Assembly (NCBI GenBank): GCA_043228905.1
Contig: JBHGNT010000012.1
Coordinates: 13,330,001-13,394,000, forward strand
Length of the DNA: 64,000 bases
Origin: Azolla caroliniana
Lineage: Eukaryota; Plantae; Polypodiophyta
Direction: 5' to 3'
This document shows positions 48,301-60,733 of the stretch, one piece after another. The position numbers were made by a program, and so were the translations under genes. The notes under the pieces were generated by a model, which had not been told where the DNA came from, searched no databases, and saw only the letters and a program-made list of their open reading frames with translations. The number at the start of each line of letters is the position of its first letter. Within the stretch, counting starts at the first letter, position 1.

Positions 48301-51300
48301 AAAATACCGAGCTCCCTAGAGACGCTCAATTAGATCATCACCCCGGGGCAATGGATACGAGTTCTTGATCGTCACATTATTCAAGCGTCGGTAATTAATA
48401 CACATACGCCATGTGCCCTCTTTCTTTTTAACCAAGAGAACTGGTGCACCCCATGGAGATTTACTATAACGTATATAACCCATTCGTAAATAGTCCTTGA
48501 GTTGCTTAGATACCTCATCCTCTTCGGATCGACTTATGCGATAAGGAGGTATATTTATTGGTGCAACACCAGGCACAATATCTATGCGATGGCCTATATT
48601 ACGTTTAGGAGGTAAGCCATCAGGTAGTTCACTTGGAAAAACATCATGAAAATCATTTAAGATTTCATCAAGTTGTTGTTGTTCAAAATATGTTAATTGA
48701 ACCGGGACATTATCGATATTGTAAACGTGAATGTCCGGATCAAGTACACAATAAAATAACGTAGAACAAGACAACTCGGATAGTGATGGACACGAGGAAA
48801 CAATCGAGAGGGATTGTTTTTTTACACATTGAATAAAATGCGTACAATCGTTCAGTACAAAAGAAATGGAATGACGAACCCAATCAATAAATAAAGAAGA
48901 GTTTTTATTATAAAACCAGGGATAACCCAGTATTACATTGGTGATAAACCTATAGCATAATTGCTTGCATCGGTTTGAACCTCAAAAGGTTTTGAAGGAT
49001 TGGGTTAAAGAAGTGAAGGAGTCTTGCAAACCAGGTCTAGTGTAGCATTCCACACAATAGGTTTTGTAGACTTACACGTTTGACCTTTTAAAAGATCAGA
49101 AAACGACGTTGTCAATTGGGAGTAATTACAAAGAGACTTTGGGAAAAACCCGACAAAACCAAGGAATGATCGAACTTCTCGAATATTCCGAAGTGTGGGC
49201 CAAAGCTTGATTTTCTCAATGCGAGAAGGATCAATTTCAACTCTTTGTTCGGTTATGAGATGTCCTTAGCAATATGGAAGTGTTCCTTCGAGGATCTGGT
49301 GGTGTCTGTTCCAGACTCAACTCTTGCCCAGTATTTTGCGAAATAACTGTCATCAGGATACTTTCCTCGAAGGTGATCATAAAGATCTGATGTTATTTCA
49401 GTGAAGCTAAGCATGTTAACTTCATGGATGCGACTTAGTGCATCAGCAACAGTGTTCATGGAATCTTTACGATATCATATGGAAAAATCAAAGTCTTGGA
49501 TGAGATCAGCCCATCGTGCCTTATGACCTTTCAAGTCTTGTTGGTCACAAAAATATTTCAAGGACTCGTGGTCCGTAGTTACCACAAAGCAATTTCCATA
49601 AAGATAATGGCGCCATGTTTTGAGCGCATGTATAACTGCAAATAATTCCTTTTCTTGAACGGTATACCGACATTGAGCAGAATCAAGTTTCTTACTCTCG
49701 AATGCTATTGGTTTACCATCTTGATATAAGACAACACCTATAGCATAATTGCTTGCATCGGTTTCAACCTCAAAAGGTTTTGAAGGATCAGGTAAAAGAA
49801 GTGAAGGAGCCTTGCAAACCAGGTCCTTGAGGTCCTTAAAGGCGAGGTCTAGTGTAGCATTCCACACAATAGGTTTTGTAGACTTACGCATTTTACCTTT
49901 TAAAAGATCAATAAAGGGCATCGTCAATTGGGAGTAATTAGGAAGAGACTTTCGCAAAAACCCGACAAAACCAAGGAATGATCAAACTTCTCGAATATTC
50001 CGAAGAGTGGGCCAAAGCTTGATTTTCTCAATGCGAGAAGGATCAATTTCAACTCCTCGTTCAGTTATGAGATGTCCTATATAAGTAATTGATTTCTTGA
50101 AGAACTCACATTTTGAGATCTTCGCATAAAACTGTTTGTCACGCAATGTTTGTAAAACAAAGCAGACATGTCTAGCATGTTCTTTTAATGTACGGCTATA
50201 AACTAAAATATCATCCAAGAAAATAACGACAAATTTTCCAAGTTGTTCTCGGAAAATGTCATTCATTTCTTGTTGAAAAGTAGCCGGAGCATGGGTCAAA
50301 CCAAAAGGCATAACCAAGAACTCGTAATGGCCATAGCGCATACGAAATGTCGTTTTAGGAACATCATCCTCACTTATTCGTATTTGATGGTAGCCAGTAC
50401 GGAGATCAAGTTTCGTAAAATACCAAGCTCCCTGGAGACGGTCAATTAGATCGTCAGCCTGGGGCAATGGGTACGAATTCTTGATCGTCGGTAATTAATA
50501 CACATACACCATGTGCCCTCTTTCTTTTTAACCAAGAGAACTGGTGCACCCCATGGAGATTTACTATAACGTATATAACCCATTCGTAAATAGTCCTTGA
50601 GTTGCTTAGATACCTCATCCTCTTCGGATCGACTTAAGCGATAAGGAGGTATATTTATTGGTGCAACACCGGGCACAATATCTATGCGATGGTCTATATT
50701 ACGTTTAGGAGGTAAGCCATCAGGTAGTTCACTTGGAAAAACATCATGAAAATCATTTAAGATTTCATCAAGTTGTTGTTGTTCAAAATATGTTAATTGA
50801 ACCGGGACATTATCGATATTGTAAACGTGAATGTCCGGATCAAGTACACAATAAAATAACGTAGAACAAGACAACTCGGATATTGATGGACACGAGGAAA
50901 CAATCGAGAGGGATTGTTTTTTTACACATTGAATAAAATGCGTACAATCGTTCAGTACAAAAGAAATGGAATGACGAACCCAATCAATAAATAAAGAAGA
51001 GTTTTTATTATAAAACCAGGGATAACCCAGTATTACATTGGCGGTACAAAGATTCATTACATGGAAGTCTACTTCCTCTATATAAGTATCAATAGAAATT
51101 CCTAATGAATGAATCGCCCCGTTGATGTATTGTACTCTTCCATCAGCCAAGTGCACCGTGTAGGTGTGATCACTTACCGTGGGTTGGATTCCCCATATCT
51201 GAACCAAACGATCATTCACAAAATTGTGTGAGCTTCCCGAATCAAATAAAAATTGTATGGGAGATCCATTGATATACCCGTTTGCACGTAGTAAACCATT

Positions 51301-54300
51301 GGGACCCAATACATAGTGAGGGAAAGAACATTGACAATTACTTCAATGATGTGTATAGACCTGAAGGACATTAGGAATCTGACCTTTATGGTCTGTAGCT
51401 TTAGCTTTGTTGTTGTGCTCTTTCCGTTGGAGCTTTCGACATTGATCTTTTGTATGACCCTTATTTTTGCAGAATACACAAAAAGGATGTTGTCGCTTAC
51501 AATCGCGATCCAGGAATTCGTTGGGTGTCTTGCGTTTCCCAACAAATTGCGACTGCTTAGTCCCGGGCGCTTCGTTGGGTTTGTTATGGTCCTTCTTCGA
51601 AGTGCGTTGATAGCGAAGAACTATTTCAACGGCCTCTTCGAAGGATTTTGGATCCTTATCGTGCACTATCCAGTGATAGTCCGAATTGGGGATTCCATTG
51701 ACAAAACAAGCTATCAACCAACTGTCCCCTTCTAGACCCGATTTTTGGATTTGGGTTCTAGCATGGTGAACATAGTCTTCTAGCGAGGAAAATTTCCTGC
51801 TAGAAAGGTTCATTAAAGCTTGTGCTGCCTCGGTTCGAGAGGGAGGTTGCAGAAATTGGCCCTTAAAAACCGTGACAAAATCTGTCCAGGTATCGGGCAA
51901 TTTCCCCATAGTACGGAGGCCACGCCACCAAGCGGTGGCCTTACCCCCGAGTTCTCGGCCGACATATGCAATCTTCGTACTATCTGGCGTGGGATAGAGC
52001 TCAAAATGAGACTCCCATCGTCCCTGCCATGTGCAGATTGCTTCTTCGGTTCTTTCCTTTTTGTCTCCGGTAAATGGCTTAACGACAAATGATGGTTCAC
52101 CTTGTCGCTCATCAGGTCTATTACTCTCACGTTGTAGACTAATGACACGTGCCTCAAGAGCACTCTGAGATTGCCGAAGTTCGGTCATCTGTTGAGCGAT
52201 GAAACTAAGGTATTGGGTTATTTGTGCCAAATACATCTCAATGGACATTTGTCCAGGAGGATTCCCTTGAGTTCCTTCCGCTTGAGCGGATGACATCGGG
52301 TCGTTAATTTGAGCCATTACAGATTATTTCTAGAAAAAAAATAGGATAAGGTCAGAGATATAGTCATAACATCATGTCGTGATATAAACATATCATGGGC
52401 GAGCATTAATCGATATCATTATCTCACGTCAATACCCCTCTAGACGTATGAGATGAGGTTCAAGATCAGGTTACTATGGTAACACAAAGGTGTTTTAAAA
52501 ACCATGGGGGTGACAAATAAATGTCTTTCCCTGATCTCTATATCGATTTTTTTATGGTGGCTCCCCGAGGCTCAACCATGTATGTTTGCGTCATGAATTG
52601 TTTATACACGAAAAAAATGTTAATAATAAACTATGTTTCGGTGCCCACATATGTGGTTTCGGCTCTTTAAGTCCTATTACGAGGACCCCGAGGTGCACTT
52701 AGACCTTAAGTCTAAACATGTGTTATAGTCATACGTATCAAGGATGTTGTATGGTCTTGGTCATATTTGAACTCGAGACCTCGAGAACAAATACATTAAA
52801 CACTTGAGCCAACCAAGTAAGTTGCTCTTCTCGAATGCTTAATGTTTGATGCGTATAAGAGATATGCGAGATCATATATGTTTTTTTTCAAAGAACATAT
52901 ATGTCAAGGGTCCTTATTTCGCCCTCATTTACCAAAACTATGTTGGTACGTTACCTATCCTCAAGTCTCGTAATTACGATGGCATACGCCAAAGTGCAAC
53001 CTAATGGTGAAGCCAAATGAGCCCTTGTTTCGTAGTAGGCTCACGTGGGCCATCACATGGTCAAGTCATTACGAATGCCTCTCGTAAGAACGAGCTCATG
53101 GTGGCATCGTATCCATGTAACGAGGGAGGGATGTTGGATACGTGCGTCATTGGAGCGACCTCACTTGAAGTGGGTCAAGCCCTACGTACTCAACATCATT
53201 ATGGCTATTGGCGTTTCTTTACGTAACGAAATCGAGGTCATCAACGGGGTTATCAACAATAAAAAATTGTTGAAAAAGGGATGGTGACAACGCCATTCTC
53301 ACAAAAATGTGAGGATGGCCACCAACATCCTTTTCCCGACCATGACAACTTTTGACATAATCACGTAATAATGAATATACACATATGTTTACTTTTCACA
53401 TATATACGATCAAATACGTATATATGTGACCACATATGCCTATATTAAACATATCGTTATATTAAATAGCCACAAATGATGTGATCGAGATACGTAATCG
53501 AGGTATATACCTCTATGCACACGAAACATCCAGAAATAAGAGATCATCGTAATACGCAATTGAGGTATTGACCTCTTACGCATACGAGACCAACCGCATA
53601 TCGTTTACAACAAATCAAGGTATTAAACTCATACGCAAACGTAACATATGTTCGTGAAAGTAATACGTAATTGAGGTATTAACCTCGTACGCATACGACA
53701 CTCATCACATCTTATTAATATGTCAAACAAGGTATTGACCTCGTGCACATATGTAAACGTTTTAGATAATCAATTAAAGACCACTACAACATCATTGACT
53801 TAATGAAAAAAATTACATATAAACTAAACACATGATTAGATGGGAAAAGAGAGAATAGAAAGAAAAATTATGGAAAGAGTTACCGAAGTTCTTTGTTGAT
53901 CGTTGTCTGGATCAAGGCCAACCACACAACGATCGATCAACATCAATCAAAAGACAAATGAAAAACAAAGAAACATTAGTACAAAAATCTAATACCAAAT
54001 ATTATAGATCTCGGTACTAAAGTAAGCTTAAGATAAGGATAAAGAAATGAAAGATAGAAAGGAGAAAGAGAAAGAAGGGTGCCGATCCACCCGACCACCC
54101 CCGAGCGAAGGGATCGAGACGGACTCGAGCCTCGATCGGCGTCCCATACCACCGCCGTGGCGTCGAGTCATACCTGGTGCTGGCGCGCTCGCTACAAGAC
54201 TTGACCCACCACACGAGCAGAGTCTCGATGTAGTCAAAAGATTATCAAATGAGGGTAGCTAGGCCTCTTATTTATAGTGATACCCAAGGCCCCCAGGCAA

Positions 54301-54454
54301 GTTCACACTTGACCTAATGGGTTGTCTCAATCCTGAGGATTAAAAGTAATCCTCCCCTTCTTTACACTCTCGTTTAACCCTCACACTTATCCACGTGTAT
54401 AGAATACTACGGTAAATTCTTACCACGGGATATTATATGGTCATGCCCGTAACA
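45343..54454 (-). mobile_element. Gypsy chromovirus A3, full length with an internal ~2.1-kb pol duplication (LTRs 45343-45797 and 54000-54454)
   Basis: TSD TCTTT at 45338-45342 and 54455-54459; about 10 LTR differences seen; gag 51343-52317; pol ORFs 45784-51309. Confidence 0.93.
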
Positions 54455-54990
54455 TCTTTCATGGTGTCTGAGGGCTTTACTGATATTGTGAAGAGAAACA
54501 TTTCTTCCTTGCGTCCTTCTTCCCACAACTGATGTAGTGAAATGGTTGCAATCTCATGAGTAGACCCTCGGGCTTTTCGATACCCGATTTCTCTTGTTCT
54601 CCAATCTATGTCTGGGTTATGTAATTTGAACCATGGTAATCCTAAAACAATGGGGTGTTCTGGGATGCTAATTATATTAAATGATACTACACATGCTAGA
54701 TTATCTAGAACAATATTAACGGGCTCTAACTCTTCTATGATATTTCCGGAAGCAATGGGACGACCATCAATGACTACTATAGAGGCTGGACACGGCAGTT
54801 TTCTAAGTGATATTTGATGAGCTTGGGCAAAGTTCCTATCCATGAAGCAAGAATTAGCTCCGGAATCTAGAAGTGCTAAGACATGTACTGGACGGGTACT
54901 TTTAGTACTAATTGTTACTTGGGCTACGAACACATTGCTAACTTGCTTAGAGGGAATGGAACCACTAATGGGCTGCGCAGATTTAGGGTT

Positions 54991-55035
54991 GTCCAACCAA
55001 ACGACTCCTATTTTGGCTGGACTTAGTCGTTTAAC
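54991..55035 (-). promoter_or_regulatory. Predicted -1 ribosomal frameshift signal between gag and pol of element I
   Basis: G UUA AAC heptamer, 6-nt spacer, 11-bp stem GUCCAGCCAAA/UUUGGUUGGAC; protease ORF lies in the -1 frame. Confidence 0.75.
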
Positions 55036-56239
55036 TCTTCTTCTAACTGACTAAGGACATCAAATTTGTTCGCTAGATTTGGGCTATTAGTACTATTAGG
55101 ACTATCAGATATCCCTACTGAAATAGACTCTGGTTTAGTACAATCAGAACTAGCAACTATTTGGTTTACCTGCCTTCTTGGCCTCTGGGGACAGTTTACC
55201 GCGATATGCCCTGGTCCACTGCAATAAAGACATAGTCGGTTTGCTCGGTGTTGTTGCTTTTCTTCTTTCGATAGCGGTCCACGACGACGTGTGGTGTCAA
55301 TTTCCATCGGAGTTGGAGTACTTACTGGAGGCGTATTATATGACTCCCTCGGAAAAGGTTTCGCTACCACTGAGGCGTAGGTAGGCTCTGATCTTGCCCT
55401 CAGAATCTGGAATTGTCGTTCCAAACGTCGTTCGAAGAGGCGGTTGTCGCATCTCACCGCGCGACTGATTGCTTCTGTTAATGACTTTGGCTCTTCGGGG
55501 AAGGTCAAGAGTAAATCCTTGACATCGTTGCGTAAGCCATAACAAAATTGCTCCATCAATGCGTGATCATCCCAAGGGATATCGGTAGGGAGTAGGCAGA
55601 AATCTGCAGCATATGCGGAGGCTGGACGGTCACCTTGGCATAATCGCCGGATTTTGTTGATTGCAGTCCTTATGCTGTCACTATCTCCAAAACAGGCCTT
55701 AAACTCACTTATAAATTCTTCAAAACTATTTAGTAATAGAGATTCCTTTTCCAACAATGGATCAAACCATGTCAACGCTGAGCCACTAAGGAGAGTGCCT
55801 ACTAGTCCCACTCGTGATGCATCAGTGGGATATCGAGAAGGATGCATTTGTACCACTAAACGTACCTGATTCAAAACCCTCTAAACTGTGATCGGGTCCC
55901 ATCAAATTTTGCAGGAAGACCGATCTTGGGTTCTTTGTGAATCCCTTGAGTGCTTGATCCTTGTTGTTGTAATGATACGATAGTTGCTTCGAGTTGTTGT
56001 ACACGTAATGTCAGCTCCCCATGTTGTTGTTTTTCTAGCGCGATTTGTTGAAGATCCCCCAACAAACAGTGATTCTGTTGTTCTAGTGCTACAAATTTCT
56101 ATTTTAAGCACTGGAGCTCTGAGAAAACTGATTGGTATTCCTGAGTGCTAACAGTTTCCATTTTACTAGGGAGGATAAGAGGATTAATAAGAAGATAAAA
56201 GGAAGAGGAGGAAAGGAGGACACAAAAGGAAGAACGACC

Positions 56240-56253
56240 AAAATCGGTTCAAA
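56240..56253 (-). promoter_or_regulatory. Self-priming-type PBS of element I
   Basis: TTGAACCGATTT next to the 5' LTR is complementary to AAATCGGTTCAA at 56475-56464, about 33 nt past the LTR TATA box. Confidence 0.75.
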
Positions 56254-59200
56254 CTGTTAGGAATAGTACTAAGACAGAGAAGGAATTAGATTAGTACTAA
56301 AAAAAGTATTAGTACTAAGAGAGGTGAAGAACTCTCGAGAGAAGGAAAGAGTGACTGAGAGGGAGGGAGAGAGAGATCGAGATCGAGAGAGAGTGATGAT
56401 AAGAAAAGATATATATTATGTGAAGAGAATGTACAGTAGTAGCTAGGAGGCTTAAGACTAGCATTGAACCGATTTGGTTCGAAATAATGCCTTGTGCCTC
56501 TTTTTATAGTGTTCTGAGGAATACTCCTGAAGTTTCTAGAATGTTCCAGAGAAATTTGGAATATAAATCAATTTTCTATAATAAAACATAAATGAAAATA
56601 ATACTCTACGTATTACAGTGTATGGTCTAATGGTCAAGAGCTCGACCCATGTAGTATAAGGTCATGGGTTCGAGTCTTGCCATATCATGACAGTATGTCG
56701 GCGACTTTTGCTACCACCATATTTACTACTAGTCGTTTCTCGTAACTTTTAACCAGACATTGATTATTGTGATGTCCTTCTTGCCGGCAATAGTAGCAGT
56801 ACGCTTTCCCGGTGTTGCTGGATTCGGCGTTCGCTCCAGTACCCGATTGAGGTCCTATTGGTGGTCAGTTAGGTGCTTGGCCTTGGTCTGGTTGGGTACT
56901 TGGTGTGCCCTTGGCTGGCTACCATTGGTGGTCCTCCTTTCTAGCGTTCCGTTTTTTGTTGAAGCGTTTTTTATTCCGGTAACATGTTGGGGCCGGTTTT
57001 CATAATTGCCTTGATCCTCCCTCCGTTGGTTGTAACCGAGGGAGTGATCCCGGTTGTATCGCTCATATCGATCACCGTTGTAATCCCGGTATTATCCTGC
57101 CGGTCTCGGTCATGAGCGTCTCTTCTGTCGTTGTACCGAACATCTTGCGCCGGCCGGTAACACTCATCTCGCCACCAACGTTCTTCTTCCTCCTCCCGGT
57201 TACTCCGGGGTTCGATTTGCCTTACTGGTGCCGCTTGCCGGTTCAACAAGTTATATTCGCATCGGTCCATTGTGTGCGACCTGGAATGGCATACAATCAC
57301 TGTGTTTGCATGGTACATTCTATTGCCGAGTGCCTAACATTGAGATAAGTCGTACATTGTATAGCTTGCCGAAAACGTAGGTCGTCTTCTCTTGGTAATG
57401 TATGCTGAAGTGCCCCCATTGTTAGCCACGAGCTTGTTTTCTCCATCTCCCTGACTTGGTCTATGACTTAGTCGATCGTGCTGGTGCGGAAATCAATCAC
57501 TGCGCACACCATACGCAGGGGTTCCCGGAGTGCTGCTAGGAATATTGCTTTAGCCTCTACCTCCGGTGGTGCTCGACTTAACTAGTTGTGCATTCGCTAG
57601 AACCGGATTACGAATTGCTCAATGGTTTCCATCGGTTCCTGCCGTATGGTGTAGAATAGGCCGACCATCTCCCGTTGATCCACCTCCTTGTGGAAGAACT
57701 ATAAAAATCTGGTTTTTAGGTCCTCAAACGTCGTGATGGTTCCGGGAGGGTGCGTCAAGCGCCATCACACGACTGTCCTTCGAAGGTCATGCTGAACTCT
57801 GCCATGTTCGATCGTTCGGCTTCGGCAGCGTTTAAGCGTTGTGACACATGGTTTGCTTCCCAGGTTTGCAGAAATGCATACACATGGGCTTCTGCATACG
57901 GATCATCCCGATACTTGGGATATTGGAACGACATGTCGTCGTTTGGTGTCGGAACATGGGCTGGTGGTGTCAGAGGTCTCCCCTCCTCTTCTTTCAGTGT
58001 CGGAGGTCTTTCCTCCTCTCCTTTTGGTGTTTCACGTGGTGGTGTCAGAGGTTGATCCACCGCTTGCCGGTCTGGGGCTTCTAGTTCCGTTAATTCCGGT
58101 TCTGGTGTTTGCAAGGTATCCGACTGCTCGTCCTCCGGTCCGTCTGGGGTGTCCTGGCTGCTACGGTAATTCAAATGGGCGCTGCATTCACCGTCCGAAT
58201 CCGATTCGAAGGCCGAGAACGGTTCTGAATCACCTTCCCCTGTACCTGCAAAATGGATTCCGCGTCCTGAAAACTGTTCAAGCTGCTTCCTTGGTCCAGG
58301 TGGGAATTCTGCTGCACGCAGAGTGACTCCGCGGCCACTCACCGGATTACTTTGGAAAATGATCGATCCACATGGATCTCTTCTGCAGCCTGCTGGAAAG
58401 CCTCTCACTTCCACAATCGTTCAGCAAGTCTTCTTGCTCGCTCCGTAACTGGGTCGTTCGTTGGTCTAGTCATCCATTCCCGCCACTGTTTGTTGCGTTT
58501 GTGCAGGAATCGTGGTGACCGCCAAAAACTGTGTTATCCCTAGGGGCCGAACAATGCCCTAACACAAAGTGTCCCTTTGAGACAGTTCACCAAAGGGGTG
58601 TTGCGGCGAGATAAACTTAGACCGAACTATTAATGAAACCCTAATCGGTTACTAATCGGCAAGATCATTAGTCACAATACATGCGTAAGATGAATTACAC
58701 TTAGCACAGAACGGTAATTAACACTGATTAAGATACAGAACAACAACACTCTATTAATTATCCACTATTTCATTATAAACAGACCGAGTCCTTTTATAGG
58801 TCACCGACTCTAGGTACAAACCGGGGCCAACTGGCAACCGGCTACAAACCGGTCCGGATCCGTATCGGCATACCAATTCTGGGTCCGTTCGTTCACTTCT
58901 CAAAATAATAATAATTATAAATTAATTATCCCTTTCCCATTCTGGACTTTATTCGGCTTTCAAGTCTTTGCCGGCCAACAGTTAGCAATGTGCAAGTATT
59001 CCTTTGAGGATGTGGTGGTGTCTGTTCCAGACTCAACTCTTGCCCAATATTTTGCAAAATAACTGTCATCAGGATACTTTCCTCGAAGGTGATCATAAAG
59101 ATCTGATGTTATTTCAGTGAAGCTAAGCATGTTAACTTCACGGATGCGACTTAGTGCATCAGCGACAGTGTTCATGGAACCTTTACGATATCGTATCGAA

Positions 59201-59604
59201 AAAACAAGGTCCTGGATGAGATCAGGCCATCGTGCCTTACGACCTTTTAGGTCTTGTTGGTCACAAAAATATTTCAAGAACTCGTGGTCCATAGTTACCA
59301 CAAAGCGATTTCCATAAAGATAATGGTGCCATGTTTTGAGCGCATGTATAACTGCAAATAATTCCTTTTCTTGAACAGTATACCGGCATTGAGCAGAATC
59401 AAGTTTCTTACTCTCGAATGCTATGGGTTTACCATCTTGATATAAGAAAATACCTATAGCATAATCGCTTGCATCGGTTTCAACCTCAAAAGGTTTTGAG
59501 GGATCGGGTAAAAGAAGTGAAGGAGCCTTGCACACAGGTCCTTGAGTTCCTTAAAGGCGAGGTCTAGTGTAGCATTCCAAACCATAGGTTTTGTAGACTT
59601 ACGC

Positions 59605-60733
59605 TGTCGTGCCTTTCGGCGTCGGATCGTTACGTGAGCCGGGTGGGAATCGCTGGAGTTTTGGACTAGGAGAAAGAAGAATATGAGATAAGGCTCCTTA
59701 TGAATGGATTGCAAGAAAGAGATATATTTGAAGGAAGATATGAAACTTGTGAATCCCACGAGTATAGTGTATTAATTGATACTTAGAATGTAAGAGAGAA
59801 ATAAATGGCAAAATCGTGAATCCCATGAATAGTTTTATTAATCAATCTTTATCAAAAGAAAAATCAAACCCATGTACATCTTTCTCTCTTCCTTATATAG
59901 TGATGGAAGAGGCTAGGCATAACATCATGCTTTTCCCTAAAGTGTTCTTGCACACTATATGTGCATGAGTTGCCTTTCTCAACCATGCTTTCTATTTCCT
60001 AAATATAGTATTCATTTACACTAGATATGCATGAGTAACATTTCTTTTGTTTGCATGTTTCCTCTAGATAAAGTTTTCACCCACTCTAAAAGTGCAGGAT
60101 TTTCCTTTTTGTAAAAGTAGGTGTAAATATAAGTCATATATCAGTTATGATAAGTTATTACAATAGTAAAGTTTGGGTTTATTTACATGGAGGTACAGGG
60201 TTCGAATCCTACCCTATGCATGTAACAATATTTTTAATATTCTCTCCTATTTACAAATATGTCTCTTCATCCGATGAGAGACTCTCACCGGCTTTCTTCA
60301 TCCGGCTCTTACCGGGTCTGCTTCATCCGGTTCTCACCGAGTCTTCTTTATCCGGTTCTTACCGGGTCCTCTTTGTTCATTTCTCACCGACTCTCACTGG
60401 CCTTCTTCATCCGGCTCTTGCCAGTCTGCTTATTATTCGCCCAGTTCTCACCGGGTACTCTTCATTCGGTTCCTCCTTACCGGCTCCTTTTCGTTCGTTT
60501 CTCACCGACTCTCACTGGCCTTCTTCATCCGGCTCTTCCTAGTCTGGTTCGTCCGGCTCTCACCGGGTACTCTTCATCCGGTTCCTCCTTGTCCCATCCG
60601 GAGGGACAAAAATGCATTTTTCACGTAGTGTGCGAATTACACTATGACACTTGCCCCCTCCGAACCCGCACATCCTCCGGTATGTGCCGATGTTCCCGAT
60701 GCTTATTATTCGCCTTCATCCGTAGTACTCTCC
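59605..60733 (-). mobile_element. Element D2: 3' LTR (59605-60649), PPT and 84 bp of internal sequence, interrupted by A4
   Basis: Minus strand GGAGGGGGCAAG then TGTCATAGTGTAAT...AAAGGCACGACA; both ends match D1. Confidence 0.8.
60258..60600. repeat. Degenerate short-unit tandem array (ttcatccggYtctYaccgg core) inside the D2 LTR
   Basis: Recurrent cttcatccggctct / ccggttctcaccgg units; absent from D1. Confidence 0.8.

Larger units (their letters stand above)
41905..56692 (-). mobile_element. Tcn1/Tf1-sushi-like chromovirus I (LTRs 41905-42365 and 56255-56692), split by A3
   Basis: PPT AAAGGGGGGATAG at 42366-42378; gag PTPMEID...LCLYCSGPGHIAVNCP; protease ALLDSGAN; RT YLDDLLVY; RH EINYEIHDKELLAI; group-I chromodomain EYEVAAILDSK...YYLVDW...RTWEP. 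Confidence 0.9.
38594..58980 (-). mobile_element. Gypsy element F (related to B): 5' LTR 58532-58980, degenerate gag ~56693-58475, 3' LTR R/U5 38594 to ~38845; pol missing
   Basis: TSD GTTAG at 38589-38593 and 58981-58985; leader cagtttttggcggtcaccacgattcctgc matches B; gag YPKYRDDPYAEAHV and HTMDRCEYNLLNRQA match B gag. Confidence 0.85.
12396..59604 (-). mobile_element. Gypsy chromovirus A1 (host of most of the nest); surviving pieces 12396-13584, 14444-14823, 38352-38593, 58981-59604; continues beyond window
   Basis: The pieces join seamlessly once the insertions with TSDs ACGT, AAGTC and GTTAG are removed; chromodomain-integrase ORF 12837-13505, RNase H ORF 58960-59535. Confidence 0.85.

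Noticed and set aside
56617-56686. Functional tRNA gene
   Set aside because: Acceptor and anticodon stems do not form properly; it is part of an LTR, so it is reported only as a tRNA-like cassette
12391-56697. GTATG at 12391-12395 and 56693-56697 as a TSD
   Set aside because: The two sites flank LTRs of different families (A and I), and A1 continues past 58981; treated as coincidence
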